64,000 nt of DNA from Eledone cirrhosa (Eukaryota), in NCBI GenBank assembly GCA_964016885.1, contig OZ024741.1, forward strand, positions 52,204,001 through 52,268,000. The letters run 5' to 3'. Shown one piece after another: positions 15,059 through 29,082 of the stretch (positions are counted from its first letter, which is position 1; each line of letters starts with the position of its first letter). The position numbers and the translations under genes were made by a program. The notes beneath the pieces are model-generated. The model did not search any database. It was not told the origin of the DNA and saw only the letters and a list, made by a program, of their open reading frames with translations.

Positions 15059-15186
15059 TCACACACACACACACACAGACACACATATATATTTGTAAAA
15101 AGTAAACGGAAACAACAAAGCAGATAAAACAGTACAGTACAAGGGAGAAATATGTTAATTTCACGCTTGATATAGTGAGAAAAAAG

Positions 15187-15222
15187 TTTTTACGTTTCGG
15201 ACACCAGTCCTTCATCAGAAGA
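15187..15222 (-). ncRNA. Minimal hammerhead ribozyme, same family as 25541
   Basis: TCTT-CTGATGA-A-GGAC-TGGT-GTCC-GAAA-CG-TA-AAAA (GUA site; one stem I mismatch). Confidence 0.68.
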
Positions 15223-15372
15223 TAGAACGAGAAGTAAAAAGATAAAATAGAAAGAAAGATAGAGTGTGAGAAGAGGAAGGAACAGAAACACTTATGAGAG
15301 AAAAACACGTGTGTATTCAGTGTATTTTTGAGGAAATATATATATATATTTACAAAAAAAGGAAAATATATT

Positions 15373-15581
15373 GGAAAATGTGTGAGATCCTTGGTACAGT
15401 TAGGTATATTTGAAAAAAAAAGGAAAAGAATGACTTCACTTGCAGTGCTAAATAATTTGATTTAATTTTATAATATTATAATATTATAAGATTAAATCAA
15501 ATTGTTTAGAACTACAAGTGAAGTAATTCTTTTCTTTTTTTCAAATATACCTAACTGTACCAAGGATTTCACACATTTTCC
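15373..15581. repeat. About 210-bp imperfect palindrome with no spacer
   Basis: ggaaaatgtgtgagatccttggtacagttaggtatatttg.. vs ..caaatatacctaactgtaccaaggatttcacacattttcc. Confidence 0.9.
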
Positions 15582-15591
15582 TATATATATA

Positions 15592-16450
15592 CGAGGTGTG
15601 TCAGAAAAGTTCCAGGACTGATGTCACAAAAGATTTATTTCAAACCCAAACTTCACACTAAGACTTTTCTCCTTCAAAGTAATCCCCCTGGAGTATGTAA
15701 CTGTAATCTTAGCTCTCTGCAGCGATCACATTTTTTCTTCATAATTTTATATACATGTCCTCTGTTTCAGGTCGTCAAGCAATGAGCACAGATCAACGAA
15801 CAAACTTGAAGTTTCTGGTACGGTTGGGGAAAAATCCGCCAGAAGCACTGGGATTGCTGCAGCATGTGTATGGAGGTGAGACGATGTCACGCTCACGTAT
15901 TTTTGAGTGGTGCAAGAGGTTTAAAGAAGGACGCGAGGACGTGGAAGATGACCCCAGGAGCGGAAGGCAGATGGTGCGTAGCGATCGTCGGCTGACTGTT
16001 CGACTGATGGCAAATGAGCTGGCCATGAATCGGGACAGCGTCTGGAAGATTCTCACTGAAGATTTGGACATGCGGAAAGTCTGCGCGAAGATGGTGCCAA
16101 AACTGCTGAACGATGATCAGAAGAGTCGACGCATGAAAGTGTACCAGGACATCCTCGAGCGTCTTGAAACCGAACCAGTCATCACCAGTGATGAGTCATA
16201 GATCTTCGAGAACGACCCGGAGGGGACCCGTTTTGAAGACGTGGACGACATCAAAAAGGCCGTGACGACGGAACTGCGGAGGATCCCGGAAGAATCCTTC
16301 CAGGGGTGCATGCAAGCGTGGCAGAAAAGAATGGAAAAGTGCATTAAACTCCAGGGGGATTACTTTGAAGGAGAAAACTCTTAGTGTGAAGTTTGGGTTT
16401 GAAATAATTCTTTTGTGACATCAGTCCTGGAACTTTTCTGACACACCTCG
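15592..16450 (+). mobile_element. Internally deleted mariner with about 103-bp TIRs and TA TSD
   Basis: TIRs 15592-15694 and 16348-16450 near-perfect, TA on both sides. ORF 15755-16201 has the mariner HTH and KVCAKMVPKLL..ITSDES, followed by the C-terminal ..QGDYFEG; most of the DDD catalytic core is missing. Confidence 0.92.
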
Positions 16451-16456
16451 TATATA

Positions 16457-16518
<62 letters not shown>

Positions 16519-16550
16519 TAAATGTACATATATATATATACATATATACA

Positions 16551-16610
<60 letters not shown>

Positions 16611-16615
16611 CATAT

Positions 16616-16748
<133 letters not shown>

Positions 16749-16758
16749 CATATATACA

Positions 16759-16834
<76 letters not shown>

Positions 16835-16897
16835 TATGCATGTATATATAACTGTATATTTATACATATAAATATATATATAAATATACATATAAAC

Positions 16898-16985
<88 letters not shown>

Positions 16986-17131
16986 ATTAAAATACTGGAG
17001 CGTGTTGGAGTTAAACACCCTCTTCGTATTATAGAAATGACAGTAAAAGGTATAGCTCAATGTAATTAAACAGAGCCGAAGAATTATGAAAATAAAACAA
17101 AGAAGCCTTCAATACATCAAAAGTCTTTTAT

Positions 17132-17176
17132 TAGTCAACAATGTTTCGTCCTATTAAGGACTCATCAGGGCAATCA
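17132..17176 (-). ncRNA. Hammerhead core with decayed stem I
   Basis: CTGATGA-GTCCT-TAAT-AGGAC-GAAA-CATTG-TT; perfect core and stem II, poor stem I. Confidence 0.6.
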
Positions 17177-17972
17177 AAACCACAAGAAGCACTATCGGCC
17201 AATACAAGCCGAAAACTCCGAAGAATATGGAGTGTACATACACTAAAGTATTGGAAGATTATGGGTAAAAAAATATAATAAAAATCACTAAGGAGGTGGA
17301 TAACATTTTGAACCATATTACAAATATAGTCCAAAGCAAAAAACTAGAGCTAAACAAATGTGGTTATATAGAGCGGGAATTATAGTACTATATGTAATAC
17401 AATATAATATAATATAATATACTTGTAACAATATTAAAATTAAAATTAAAATTAAAAGGCACAATATACATATGTATATATATACGCACACGTACGCACA
17501 TATACATATACATCAATACACATTTCCATCATTAACAGCACAAATTAAACCTTACTAAGAGTTTAAATATAAATAAGCATAATAGGAATAAAAATAAAAA
17601 TAATACGTATATCTAATATACAGTATAACATGAAGTAATGAAATGATTAAAAGTAACACATATAATATATAATAAACTATATAATTATATAATATATAAT
17701 ATAATATAATAGATAATCTCCAGTTAATTTACACAAACAATATAGATGTCACAATAACACTATAATAATAATATAATAATATATAATATATAATGGCATG
17801 TAAGTTAACAAATCAATTCATATAGAGTTACAGAGGAGGTGAGAAAAAAAAAAAAAATTGTACAATACCCAAAATTATGATGGTACAAAAGTATATAAAC
17901 ATCTTACATGATATATAAAATTTAACATATCATAATGGTACATAAAATCATCGGTAAGTAATAAGGATCAAT

Positions 17973-18169
17973 AGTACATTTACAAAGAGTTGAATAACAA
18001 CTTCAATATAAAATAATGAACATAATATAATATATAATTACTTATAATTACAAGGTTGGTAAACAGACACATATGTGAAAAAAAAACCTTGTAATTATAA
18101 GTAATTATATATTATATTATGTTTATTATTTTATATTGAAGTTGTTATTCAACTCTTTGTAAATGTACT
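17973..18169. repeat. Inverted repeat, 85-bp arms, 27-bp spacer
   Basis: Arms 17973-18057 and 18085-18169, one mismatch seen. Confidence 0.92.
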
Positions 18170-18411
18170 TTGAGTCAAAAGCAGAAACACACATTTTATC
18201 TTCTCTGTTTTTTTCTTTGCGTTTTTTCCTTAAAGCCTCTCAAAATGTGCTTACCATCATTCCTTTGGTATGTAACTATTGTGCAATATATCCCTGATAA
18301 TGTCACCATGTTCATACGCAACCTGGCCACTGAAATGTGCAGAGTTTGCAGAAATAAATGATTAAGGGAATTCGACATGTCCGGCCTCCTGTCGTTTTAC
18401 TTTATTGTATA

Positions 18412-19403
18412 CCAGCAACAGTACCCAGCGTTGCCTGGGTAGGTAAAATAATATCTGCTTTGATGAAAAGGTGTTGATCTTAGCGACTGCTTCTCGATGA
18501 CTCATCTATGGCCACACACAGGCCATGCGGGGAAGGTTGGTGATGACCTCTATCACTGAGAAACGCGGGTGAATGACGAAGGGGTATGCTGGGGAAGGGA
18601 GGTAATGACCTCTAACACTAAGCCAAATTTCCTCACGCTATTGATTGGAAACCGATGAATTCTCAAATACACAACTAAAAGCTCAGACGACGTCAGTGGC
18701 CATCGTTTTGCCTTTGACCATCTATAAGATGTGTAATGATAGGTTCTATCGTAGTATAAAAGTTGAACCAAATAAATTGATTTGTGTGTGAGGTGGAGCC
18801 AAAGTTTCGAATTTGAACGAAATCGGTTGAAAAATGTGGGATCTAGAGCCGAAAAGGCGGAAATTTGAGCGAAACGGTGGTATTTTCGAATATTTAAGCG
18901 GCTGCCACGCCGTTCCTGAACAAAAAATCCAAAATGTAAAGCCACTTTAAGACGTGAAATAATCAGGTCTAGCGTAGTGTAAAATTTGAACAAAGTAGGT
19001 TGATTAATGTGGGAGTTAGAGCGAAAATTTGAGTCTAAAAGTGGTACTTTTGAATATTTAAGCGGCTGCCACGCCGTCCCTGAACAACAAATGCAAAATA
19101 TAAAGCCATTACAGGATGTGCAATGATACATTCTATTTTGCTTTAAAATGTGAACGAAATCAGTGGCAAAATGTGGGAGCTAGAGCCAAAAATCTTATTT
19201 TTATGTGCAGAATGACCCCGGAATAAAAAAAAACGATACGCTGATATATAGAAAAAACTCCCCGATGACTAATCTATGAGACTGTAAAGTTTCATGAAAA
19301 TCGGTCATAAGATGTAGGCCCCTATAGGTAATACACAGACACAGACACACACACAGACACACACACAGACACACACACACACACTTAATTTTATATATAG
19401 AGA
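18412..19403 (-). mobile_element. Non-autonomous Helitron
   Basis: On - strand: 5' TC terminus, 3' hairpin TACCCAG-GCAACG-CTGGGTA then CTGG, inserted between A and T; internal (CA)/(CAGA) microsatellite and about 163-bp internal duplication (18888 vs 19051). Confidence 0.82.
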
Positions 19404-19545
19404 TTTAATTCCGTTCCCGCACCATCGGCAGGATTCAACATCAAAGATGGGTGAGTTGCGTAATGTCGAGTGCTTTCCAACTATTATATTATGGTTAACA
19501 TTGCATAAGGACCAATTCTACCCAGTGATGAACCACCAAATTTAA

Positions 19546-19607
<62 letters not shown>

Positions 19608-19925
19608 ATTCGATTCGCAAGCGAATTCGATTCGCAATCGTGAGGTTGTGAGTTCGAACCCAGACCGGGTGATGCATTATGTTCTTGAGCAAGACACTTT
19701 GTTTCACGTTGCTCCTTCTACTTAGAGTTGCGACCGATAGATAGTATTAGCAATTGGAAAGATCAATGGAAACGTTGTTTCCTCGGTCCGATTTGAGGAA
19801 AGTCGATCGACTCTCGATATCTCTCTCTATATATATATTTGTGCCGACATGCATACGTACAAACGCGCACGCACACATATACACACACGAACACATATAT
19901 GTCTACGTTATGTATATCTATTTAA

Positions 19926-20110
19926 GGGCGGTGGATTGGCAGTATCGGTAGAGGGTCGGACGCCATGCTTTCCAGCATAGTTACGTCCCTTTACGATTTG
20001 AGTTCAAATCCCGCCGAGGTTGACTTTGCCTTTTATCCTTACGGGGTCGATAAAATAAAGTACCAGTAATGAACTGGGTATTTGCTGGCCTTGTGCCTAA
20101 AGTAGAAACA
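19926..20110 (+). mobile_element. tRNA-derived SINE family A, young subfamily
   Basis: GGCGGTGGATTGGCAGTATCGGTAGAG head, B-box GAGTTCAAATCCCG, core GACTTTGCCTTTCATCCTTACGGGGTCGATAAAATAAAGTACCAG; more than 20 related copies in the window. Confidence 0.88.
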
Positions 20111-20370
20111 GTTATGTATATCTATTTATGTATTCATTAATTGGTATAAAATCAAACAGTGGAGATTCTCACAGTCACTTCTATGTGCCAGCACACTTCT
20201 TGTCTTCATCCTCTCTCAATCTTTTCTATATTCCCTGACTGTCACCTACCTCGTGGATGTCACTCTGCCGACCACTGGTCTCTGAGGCATTTTTGCCCAT
20301 CGCTGTCATTGACAGCATCTGGCTGTTATAACTGCAGTTCTAGCGTTGAGCTTTCTCATTTTTTTAATGA

Positions 20371-20405
<35 letters not shown>

Positions 20406-20473
20406 CGTGTATCTGTGTGTGTATGTGTGTGTGTGTATACACCTACACATTTGTGTGTGTATGTGTGCGTGTG

Positions 20474-20516
<43 letters not shown>

Positions 20517-23500
20517 ATATTCAGATGAAGAAAGGAAGCACTTATAATTATTCTTATTGGCTGGCATTAGTCAGACATGTAGACTTGGTGAATTAGTTGA
20601 CGGATTACGTTTGCTACATCCATATATATCTATTACGACTATCAACCACACGTTTAAAGATGAAATAAGCTTTGACGTTTATGGAATAACTACACTACAT
20701 TTTAATCGGTTTGATCTCCATTTGTCATCAGGTGTCTTATACGTAGATATGCGTGTACATAGTATTGCATTTGAAACTTCTCTTAACAAAATTTATTAAC
20801 GCTCTTATCTATTATACCACTGACACATTATTGACATTTATAGTTCACTAAGCGTAGTCAAACTGTCTGCACTCGTCTTTCTGATCGGGTTATCAGTAAG
20901 ACTATATGCTCTGCTTCATTTGATCTTTTTTCGTCATACTTCTCTATGTTGTTCATGTAATCCAGTTAAAACAAGGACAACTTTTTCAACATGGCTCCCT
21001 ACGAAGTATGAAAATTTCATTTCAGTACAACATGATTTCTTTTCTCACTCAATTCTTGAAGTAGATGTTTCACGTTTCAATGTTTCTCAGTTCTGTCCTT
21101 TAGGGATCTCTAAGTTGCCCCGTTATGAAATCTAAAAATGCATGGACTATTATAAATGCAGTTATACTTTAGCTATAGGTTTAACTTGAGAGATGATTCT
21201 GTGAGCTGTGCTGTTACATTTGAACAGATTTCTAATGTTACTTGGTCCAAGCGTTACTGGTAACATGTAACCCAGTACAACCTCTGTCACGTGGTCGGGT
21301 CGTCAGTGACTAAATCGTAAGCTCCAACAAGCTTGCTTAGTGATGAGGGAGAGTTTTAGACACAGCCATCCTATAGTGTGTAAAAGAACTCCAGATAGAC
21401 AGAGTTCGTTAGCCTTGGCTGGCAGTCTGTCTAGGAGAAGGACAACTCTGATTTTATAACCAGTATAGATGGGACTCCCTAATCAAACTTTCAAGTGACC
21501 AACCGTTTCATCCTTGTGTTGAAAGCAGATGAGCTGCGGCTCGGTAGCCGGCTTCCGAGTAATGGTTTGACGAGGATTCAAGAACCACTGCCGTCACTTT
21601 ATCCATATAGATGGATATTGGAGCAATTGGATCTCTCTCTCTCCCTCTCTCTGATATTATATGTGTTGCAGACTCTCTAAATATCCTCAGACAACTTCTT
21701 GAAGTATAGAAGAAACACAGTGGAATTTGGTTTTACCTTTACTTAGTCAGAATAAGGCCACAGTTTTAAGTAAAATCTCTTTATGAGGAATAATACATCC
21801 CAGACTATATTAAGCAATGTCCCCTCCAACTTAAAAAAAAAAAAAATTCGGTTGTGATTTTAGCAGTGAGCACTTAGTTGAGCCGGCCGTATGAGAGTCG
21901 GATATAAAGCCTAGCAGTCTTTGCTCTGGTGCTCCGAGTTCAAATCGCGGGTCAACATTTTTTGTCAGCCATTTAAGGTTTAACAATTCCACCCATCCAC
22001 TCAGAGAGGTGAGATTGTTAGAGCAGCGGAGGAGGTGTCATATGGTAGCTGTTCGAGTATTTGCATTCTGAAATATCAAGTGGGAGAATTAATCCTTCGC
22101 TCTGTGTAACCTCGGTTTTCTCATCATGTCCGTGGGGCCTTTTACGAGAGTTTCACTCTGTTGTAAAGGTTCCAACAAAGTCTCCAGTTTTTAGATCTTC
22201 TCTTCCTTCCATCAACTAAGTAGGCACAATCCTCCGCCACAAAAAATAAATCAACAGCGGCAAAACTGTACAAATCATACAAACACCCTTTACACACACA
22301 CAAATACATACATGAATACATATATATACAAACACACACACACATGAATACATATATATACAAACACACACACACACATGAATACATATATATACAAACA
22401 CACACACATATATATATATAAGTATATGCATGCATACACACACAAACACATATATAAATATATGCATACATACATACACACTAAAAAATTGTATATATAT
22501 ATATATACACACACACACATACGTATATGTACAACTACATATATATATATATATGTATGCATATATACATATATATCTACATATACATACATGTACATCT
22601 ATATATATATGTACACACACACACACATATTATATATATGTACACACATACATATATCTATATAGATATGTACACATATCAATATATATGTATGTAGTTT
22701 TATGAATGTAGCTGTTGCTTTCCAATTATATGGAATACTGTACGATATCAAAATCTCGCGAGAGTAAAGTTCATAATTCTTTTCCTAGCTAATTTGCTAA
22801 ATACTAAACATAATCTACATGAATTGCATTAGTACATTATATCTTATTACATTTCTAGCCAATAGTCAATTAAGCCAGTCGTTTGGGAGATTTTTATCTA
22901 TTTACCTGTCTGTCAGTCTGTCTGTTTTTTTTATCTCTTTAATAAATTCATATCTATATGTTTGTTTGTCTGTCTGTCTCTATGATATCTGTAAATATCC
23001 CGGATCAGTGGTTCTAGTGATATCTTCATCACTAGTCTCCTCTCCACAATACAGAGTCTACAACACCTGCTTACCTTTCATCTAAGGCTTGCACCCCCCA
23101 CCGATCTTTCAGTTTAGATGTTAATTAGCAAATGGGAGTATGGCAGACGAGAAAGGTATGTCTGGTCACAATTAATAATAGTAAGTTAAAAGTTAGCGAG
23201 ATGAGACGATACTATATTGCGCTGGAATTCAATAATCCAAATGTAATGAAACGTGTGGAAAATGGGGCAAAACGCGAACAGGATTTGACAGACATGTCTC
23301 TATTTTTCTTTTCGTACGTCTCTTTTATCTTCCTCTACTGGATTTTCTGTACTATTCATTACCCGATTATCTCCCCCTTGTTCGCTGTAAAACCAGACAG
23401 GGGCGCTTCTACATTCTCTTTCTTCACAGTCATGCTTCGAGACGTGAATTTACACACTGACTAATATATGTGAAGGCACGTATGTACGTAGTTTTACATA

Positions 23501-24464
23501 TTTCTCTATGGACCGAAAGATGAGGCAACGATCTGACTCCAGTTTCTATTATTGTTGGAATGGCCTTCAGCGATCGTTTACTGCATTTTCCGTCTATAGA
23601 GAAATACGAAACTCATGGATTTATAAGCTCATCAAATAATAATTCTTTCTAACTTTGCTCAAGGCCAGCAATTTGGTGGTGGTGGGGAAGTCGATTATAT
23701 TGACTCCAGTATTTGACTGGTATTTTATCTCATCAACCTCCAAAGGACGAAAAGCAAAGTTGACTTCGTTGGGATTTGAACTCAGAACGTAACGAACAGG
23801 AACAGATTGCTTCCTACTCGTATTTGTTCGACGCTCTGAAGACTTTGCCAATTCACCACGACGAATCCATTAAATAATAATTGATAACAGTTTATCATAA
23901 TTTCTGTATACGAAGAAGGCCTTGTGGGATAGCTCGACCTGCTAGAAATAACAGCTAAATCTTCATACTAGAGCCCCCTCCCCCAAAGCATTGGCTAATC
24001 TATATAAAACTATTTACACCCTGTCTGAAAAAAGCGGGGTGGTAACGGAATATATTTGATCACAGCTCTGCAAGGCCAGGGCTGACCTGGAGCTACGCAA
24101 AAGCAACAATAACCACAACATCAATCAAATTTCATTCACAAAACATCGGTCAACGTGATTGGTACTATATTTTATCGCTTTCTTCGAGGGATGAAACGGC
24201 CAGTCGATAGCCGCCGGGTTTGTTCTCTGAAGCCGGAGCAGCGAAAATATTAAAATATGTTTAAATCACCAGCAGGCCGACAGCCTTCATCTCTTTCCAC
24301 ACGACACCCACCTACCATCTACCAACTTCATTTCCGCGTAAACAATTAATGTTATTATCGAACATGACAACGAAAAGAAGACTATGCATGTAAAGTAGGC
24401 ACAATTTGGAAAACTCTGTGTGTATGTGAGCTTGTATACACCCATATATACATATGTAAATCCC

Positions 24465-25278
24465 TCTCGCAAAGTGCTCTCCATTGATTGCGTGGCCCTT
24501 TTGTAGATAGTCATAAACACAATGCCTTTTGCATTCCCCAAAATCTTCTCTGCAGATGAAACGAACTTGGCCTTCTTTGGAGCAGGTGAGGATGGGTGTT
24601 TTCACAGCATGGATTGTTTCTTTCTCTCAGATTTATGAACCCAACACTCATGCTGGGTTAGGAAACGTTCAAGAAAACCAACTTGATGTGCCTACACAAA
24701 TGTCAGATTTTCCCGTGATGTGATCAGTCTGGTGCGCTTTTGGTATCTATCGAGGAGAAACCTTCATCATGACAAGTTCATTGTGCAGAATATTCTCAAC
24801 TATCTCACGGGATATGCTAATAGCCTGGGCTAATTTATTTTTAGTCAATTGTCTGTCAACCAACACCATGAGGTGAACACGATCAATGTTTTCCCCGGTG
24901 GTGGCAGTTGCAGGACGTTCAGGCCTTGGGTCATTTTGAAGACACTCCCTTCCTCTCCTAAATTTAGCTGCCCACTTTTGCACTGTTGATAAAACCGGAG
25001 CGTCATCCCCTAATGTAGCAACCAGGACAGCATGAATGTCCTTCGGGCTAAACCTCTTTTCTGCAGGTACTTGATAACACCACATGCCAAATTTTGTCCA
25101 TTTTCAAGAGAACTCGTTACTAGTTACCTTTGAAGTCTTCTTTGAACAGTTAGATGTCAGTTTACCTGGAAAGAGACAATGTAGTTATTAAGAAGAGTTG
25201 AAATTAATGCATACACAATTTCACAGCTCTAGCACCACTCCTTCATAGTCAGCCTATGAACTTTTCAGCCCACCCTCA
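24465..25278 (-). mobile_element. Decayed mariner (5' TIR and N-terminal half of transposase)
   Basis: Terminus TA|TGAGGGTGGGCTGAAAAGTTC; DAPVLSTVQKWAAKFRRGRECLQNDPRPERP..ILHNEL; downstream DYLQKGHAINGEHFA remnant. Confidence 0.85.
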
Positions 25279-25540
25279 TATATATATATTCATCTTAGCT
25301 TCGCACGGACGTATAATAACACACACAGACAGACACGGTTACGCACGTGCACAAGTATAGCTCTCTTTACAAAACGGTTGCTTTTCCATTTCAGGTAGAC
25401 GCGCTTCATCATCCACTTTTCTAAAAAATAAATCATACACAAAAAAGCAATAGTTTTGCAAGAGATGTCAACATGAATGGACCTGTCATTTTTATCTAAA
25501 GACATTTTTCCAATTTCAACCAACCCGTCTCCTCAATCTT

Positions 25541-25576
25541 TCTTCTGATGAAGGACGAGCGTCCGAAACGTTAAGA
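25541..25576 (+). ncRNA. Minimal type I hammerhead ribozyme
   Basis: TCTT-CTGATGA-A-GGAC-GAGC-GTCC-GAAA-CG-TT-AAGA: stem I TCTT/AAGA, stem II GGAC/GTCC, palindromic stem III. Confidence 0.75.
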
Positions 25577-25660
25577 CCCTCTTCCTGCTATATCAAGCGT
25601 TAACCTAATATATACCTTCCATATACTGTACCGATTGTGTTGTTATTTCTGTTTACCTTT

Positions 25661-25696
<36 letters not shown>

Positions 25697-26690
25697 CACA
25701 TATAAAGTTATGAAACGAAAGGAGCTGTGTGGTTACTAAAAACAAGGTTTAGGATGGTGGTTAGGACGGAACAGGAGGAGAAAGGAAGAAAGGAGTTTCC
25801 ATCGTCAGCTGTAAATGTTTCGCGAACCGATGTTTCGGCGCTGAATTACAGGACATCGGTGTAGTTCGGGTGCGCCCGAGGCCTTTTATTAATCAAAAGG
25901 CCAGGTGGAAAAGGAGAGAGAAAAGGAAAAAGAGGGAAATGAGGAAGAACTGGGGGGGGGGGGGGTATGAGGAGAGAGGAAGAAGGGGGAAGGGGAAAAA
26001 TAGGAAAGGAATAGGAGAAAAAAAGTGTACAGGTCCCATCGTGGAAAGACACAGGTGAAAGAAACATGCAAAAAAGTAATCGTGGAAAAATAGGGAAAGT
26101 AAGTTGTGGCCAACCTGGGAGACTTTAGCCTGGTGGTCAGCTACGACTCAGAGCTGGTATAACCGTGCTGCCTCTCACATAGACAGGAGAAAGTGAGAGA
26201 GAGAGACACGGGCAACCAAAAGGGAGGAGAAGGGAAAGGGAGATAATCTAGAAGGGTTTTTTTTTTTTTTTTACGACGGTGGTAAAAACGTGCCGCAAAT
26301 ATATATATATATATATGCAACGTATACTACACAATACAAAATATATCTTCACACACATGTATGTATGAAAGTATGTAAAAAGTAAATGGAAAACAAAACA
26401 GCAAACGATACAGTACAATAAAAATATATACGAGTTTAATGCGTGATTATGGTAGGAAAAAAGAGTCTTCACGTTTTGGATGTTAGTCTATCATTAGAAG
26501 CTAGAAATAGAAATGAAAGGCAATACACACACACATATGTATATATATACATATATATATGGTACCCATTTACGTGTGTTGTATTGAAGCAAATAACTTT
26601 GTGTCTATTCTTTACATAAACCTACCTATTGAGTACGCTGAGATGCAACCGGTACTAGGAGTGAAACTTATGCTAGTCTCGCCAACTTCT

Positions 26691-26724
<34 letters not shown>

Positions 26725-27379
26725 CATAAATATATATACATTCACGGTCAATTAGTATAGATATGGTCAAAGATAAGAACATCGTTAATTACAGGTCTCA
26801 AGTAATATTAACACACAAACAAGTATACGCACAAACACATTAATGTCTCCGCGTATATACGGATATATGTGTATATATATATATATATATACATATTTAT
26901 ATAGACGACTGTGTCTTTGTGCCCATACAGACACACACACATATACATATATACTTAAGCTCGCACGCACACGCATATTATGTGTGTGTGTGCAGAGATA
27001 CACACATACTTCGCATCCATACATATATACTCAGAGATAGTCACACATATATACAGACAAACACACACTTCTACAGAGATAACAGCACCAGAATAAGACG
27101 AACGAAACTTAATTATCAATAATGAATTGGCCTAAAAAACAAAAACAAAAAAAATCCCCAAATAAAAATATTTTCCAAGATAACAAGAAAAAAAATAGAG
27201 TATAAAATATGCATAATTTATAAAGATAAAAGAAAACAAATATAATGGTAGACATAAACACATGTACACACATATATATATATATACACGCATAAATATA
27301 CACATATATATATATATACATAGTGGCATAAATATACACATATATATCTACATACATACATACATATAGGTATACATAA

Positions 27380-27415
<36 letters not shown>

Positions 27416-27539
27416 GTAATCTGAGCTTTTCGAATGTTAATAATAATATTCGATTCGTTCACAATTATGCAAACAGCCTCTTTAAAGCCATGTAGAATGA
27501 CACCGTCATTTTTGCACTTATGTTGGCATGTAAACGTAA

Positions 27540-27584
27540 CTGCAGACATTAATGTTTCTGGATGATTACCCTTCATCAGTACAG
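27540..27584 (-). ncRNA. Hammerhead ribozyme, second family
   Basis: CTGTA-CTGATGA-A-GGGT-AATC-ATCC-A-GAAA-CATTAATG-TC-TGCAG: 5-bp stem I, palindromic stem III, GUC cleavage triplet. Confidence 0.72.
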
Positions 27585-27806
27585 TATACTGCTTACCTGC
27601 CAAAGCTAGTGAAAATATATATTTTCTAAAATATAGTGTCTGATCGGCCTGAATTGCAATCAGTCAGATCTGCATATTAGCAGACCTACTGCTCAGCCAG
27701 ATTTGCATATCAGCAGATAGGCCAGTCAGTTTCATGTATACGAGTAATTAATGGCCGGCTTTGCCATATTATATACATAGTCGTGCATACACATAAATAC
27801 ATATGC

Positions 27807-27854
<48 letters not shown>

Positions 27855-27899
27855 GTACACATACATGTAAAGATACATAGATATACATGCGTCTTGGAA

Positions 27900-28153
27900 A
27901 CGAACCCGACTTCCATTTTCCCCTAGTTCAAGAGGGTCATCAAGAGGTGCCGTTTTCCGGGTGTGAAAGCCATCAATAGGAATGTGACCACGGCGTTGCG
28001 AAGACAGCTTCTAGGAGTACATGGAGACATGGCGGAGAAGGATGGGAAAGTCTGTGAGAGTAGAGGGGGAGTATTTTGAAGGTGGAAACTTGTAGTTTGT
28101 ATATGAAAATAGTTTTTGCGATCCCAGCCCCGTTTCTTTTCTGATACACGTCA
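27900..28153 (+). mobile_element. 3' fragment of a mariner with right TIR
   Basis: DFH-like start, ..WRRRMGKSVRVEGEYFEG C-terminus, end ttttctgatacacgtca|ta. Confidence 0.7.
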
Positions 28154-28195
28154 TACACCCACGAGCGCATACCCCCCCCCCAATATATATATATA

Positions 28196-28295
28196 TTGGG
28201 TGTCCCCAAAACATGTATACACACTTCGACAGCATTCTAATAAATATTGCATGTACAGGTAATCAAAGTGTGTATACATTTTTTGGGACACCCAA
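28196..28295. mobile_element. 100-bp Tc1/mariner-type MITE
   Basis: About 30-bp TIRs TTGGGTGTCCC(C)AAAA(C)ATGTATACACACTT and reverse complement, flanked by TA. Confidence 0.75.
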
Positions 28296-29042
28296 TATAT
28301 ATATGTAAGTATGCACACGCACATATATATATATATACACATATGTACGTATGGGCTATACTGAACATTAATAATAATGTTCGATTCCTGACTGTCTGTC
28401 GTTTGTAGGTGAGGTTAAATATATAGTCGAGAAGTTTGTTTTTTCTTGTTTATTAGTCCCTGTTGATGATGGTGATGGCGAAAATGATATTGATGAGGGT
28501 GATGGTGATGTTTAGTGTGATGTTACAAGCAATGATAATGATGGTTTTGAATGCGATGGTGATTGTAATGGTAATAGTTCTTTTTTTACAATGACGTCAT
28601 CGTCTAGTCGTATTATTGTGGTTTATTGGTGATGGTATTGCAGTGTTTATCGTTGGCAGTGAGATAATAGTAGTGAGGTGAATGGCTTCGTTGTTTAATC
28701 CATGAGCCAACCCTGATTGAGCTGTTTTGTGGTCAAAGGCGTTTCGGCCATGACCAACACGTCCATTTCTACACCTAACACTACATCGTCCAGTGTATCA
28801 ATCACTTTTAAAGACTGTAGTGTGTTTTGAAGCAGATTTCATAGCCCCACTTCGGTCAGGAATGATCATGGGTTTTGAATCTAGAAAGTTCCCTTCTAAG
28901 CACAAGCCCCGGCAAAATGTTTTTGTGAGAGACCAGCAGTCATCCATGCATGGCAGATTTCCCTCCCCATGCCATCGCTGTTGTCCACAGGAACGGCAAA
29001 AGCCAAAACAACTTGACAAGTGACATCACAACTCATCTACAC

Positions 29043-29082
<40 letters not shown>

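Noticed and set aside
20740-21250. Possible PLE coding remnant (also 31560-32100 and 56900-57450)
   Set aside because: Too decayed to recover diagnostic motifs by eye.
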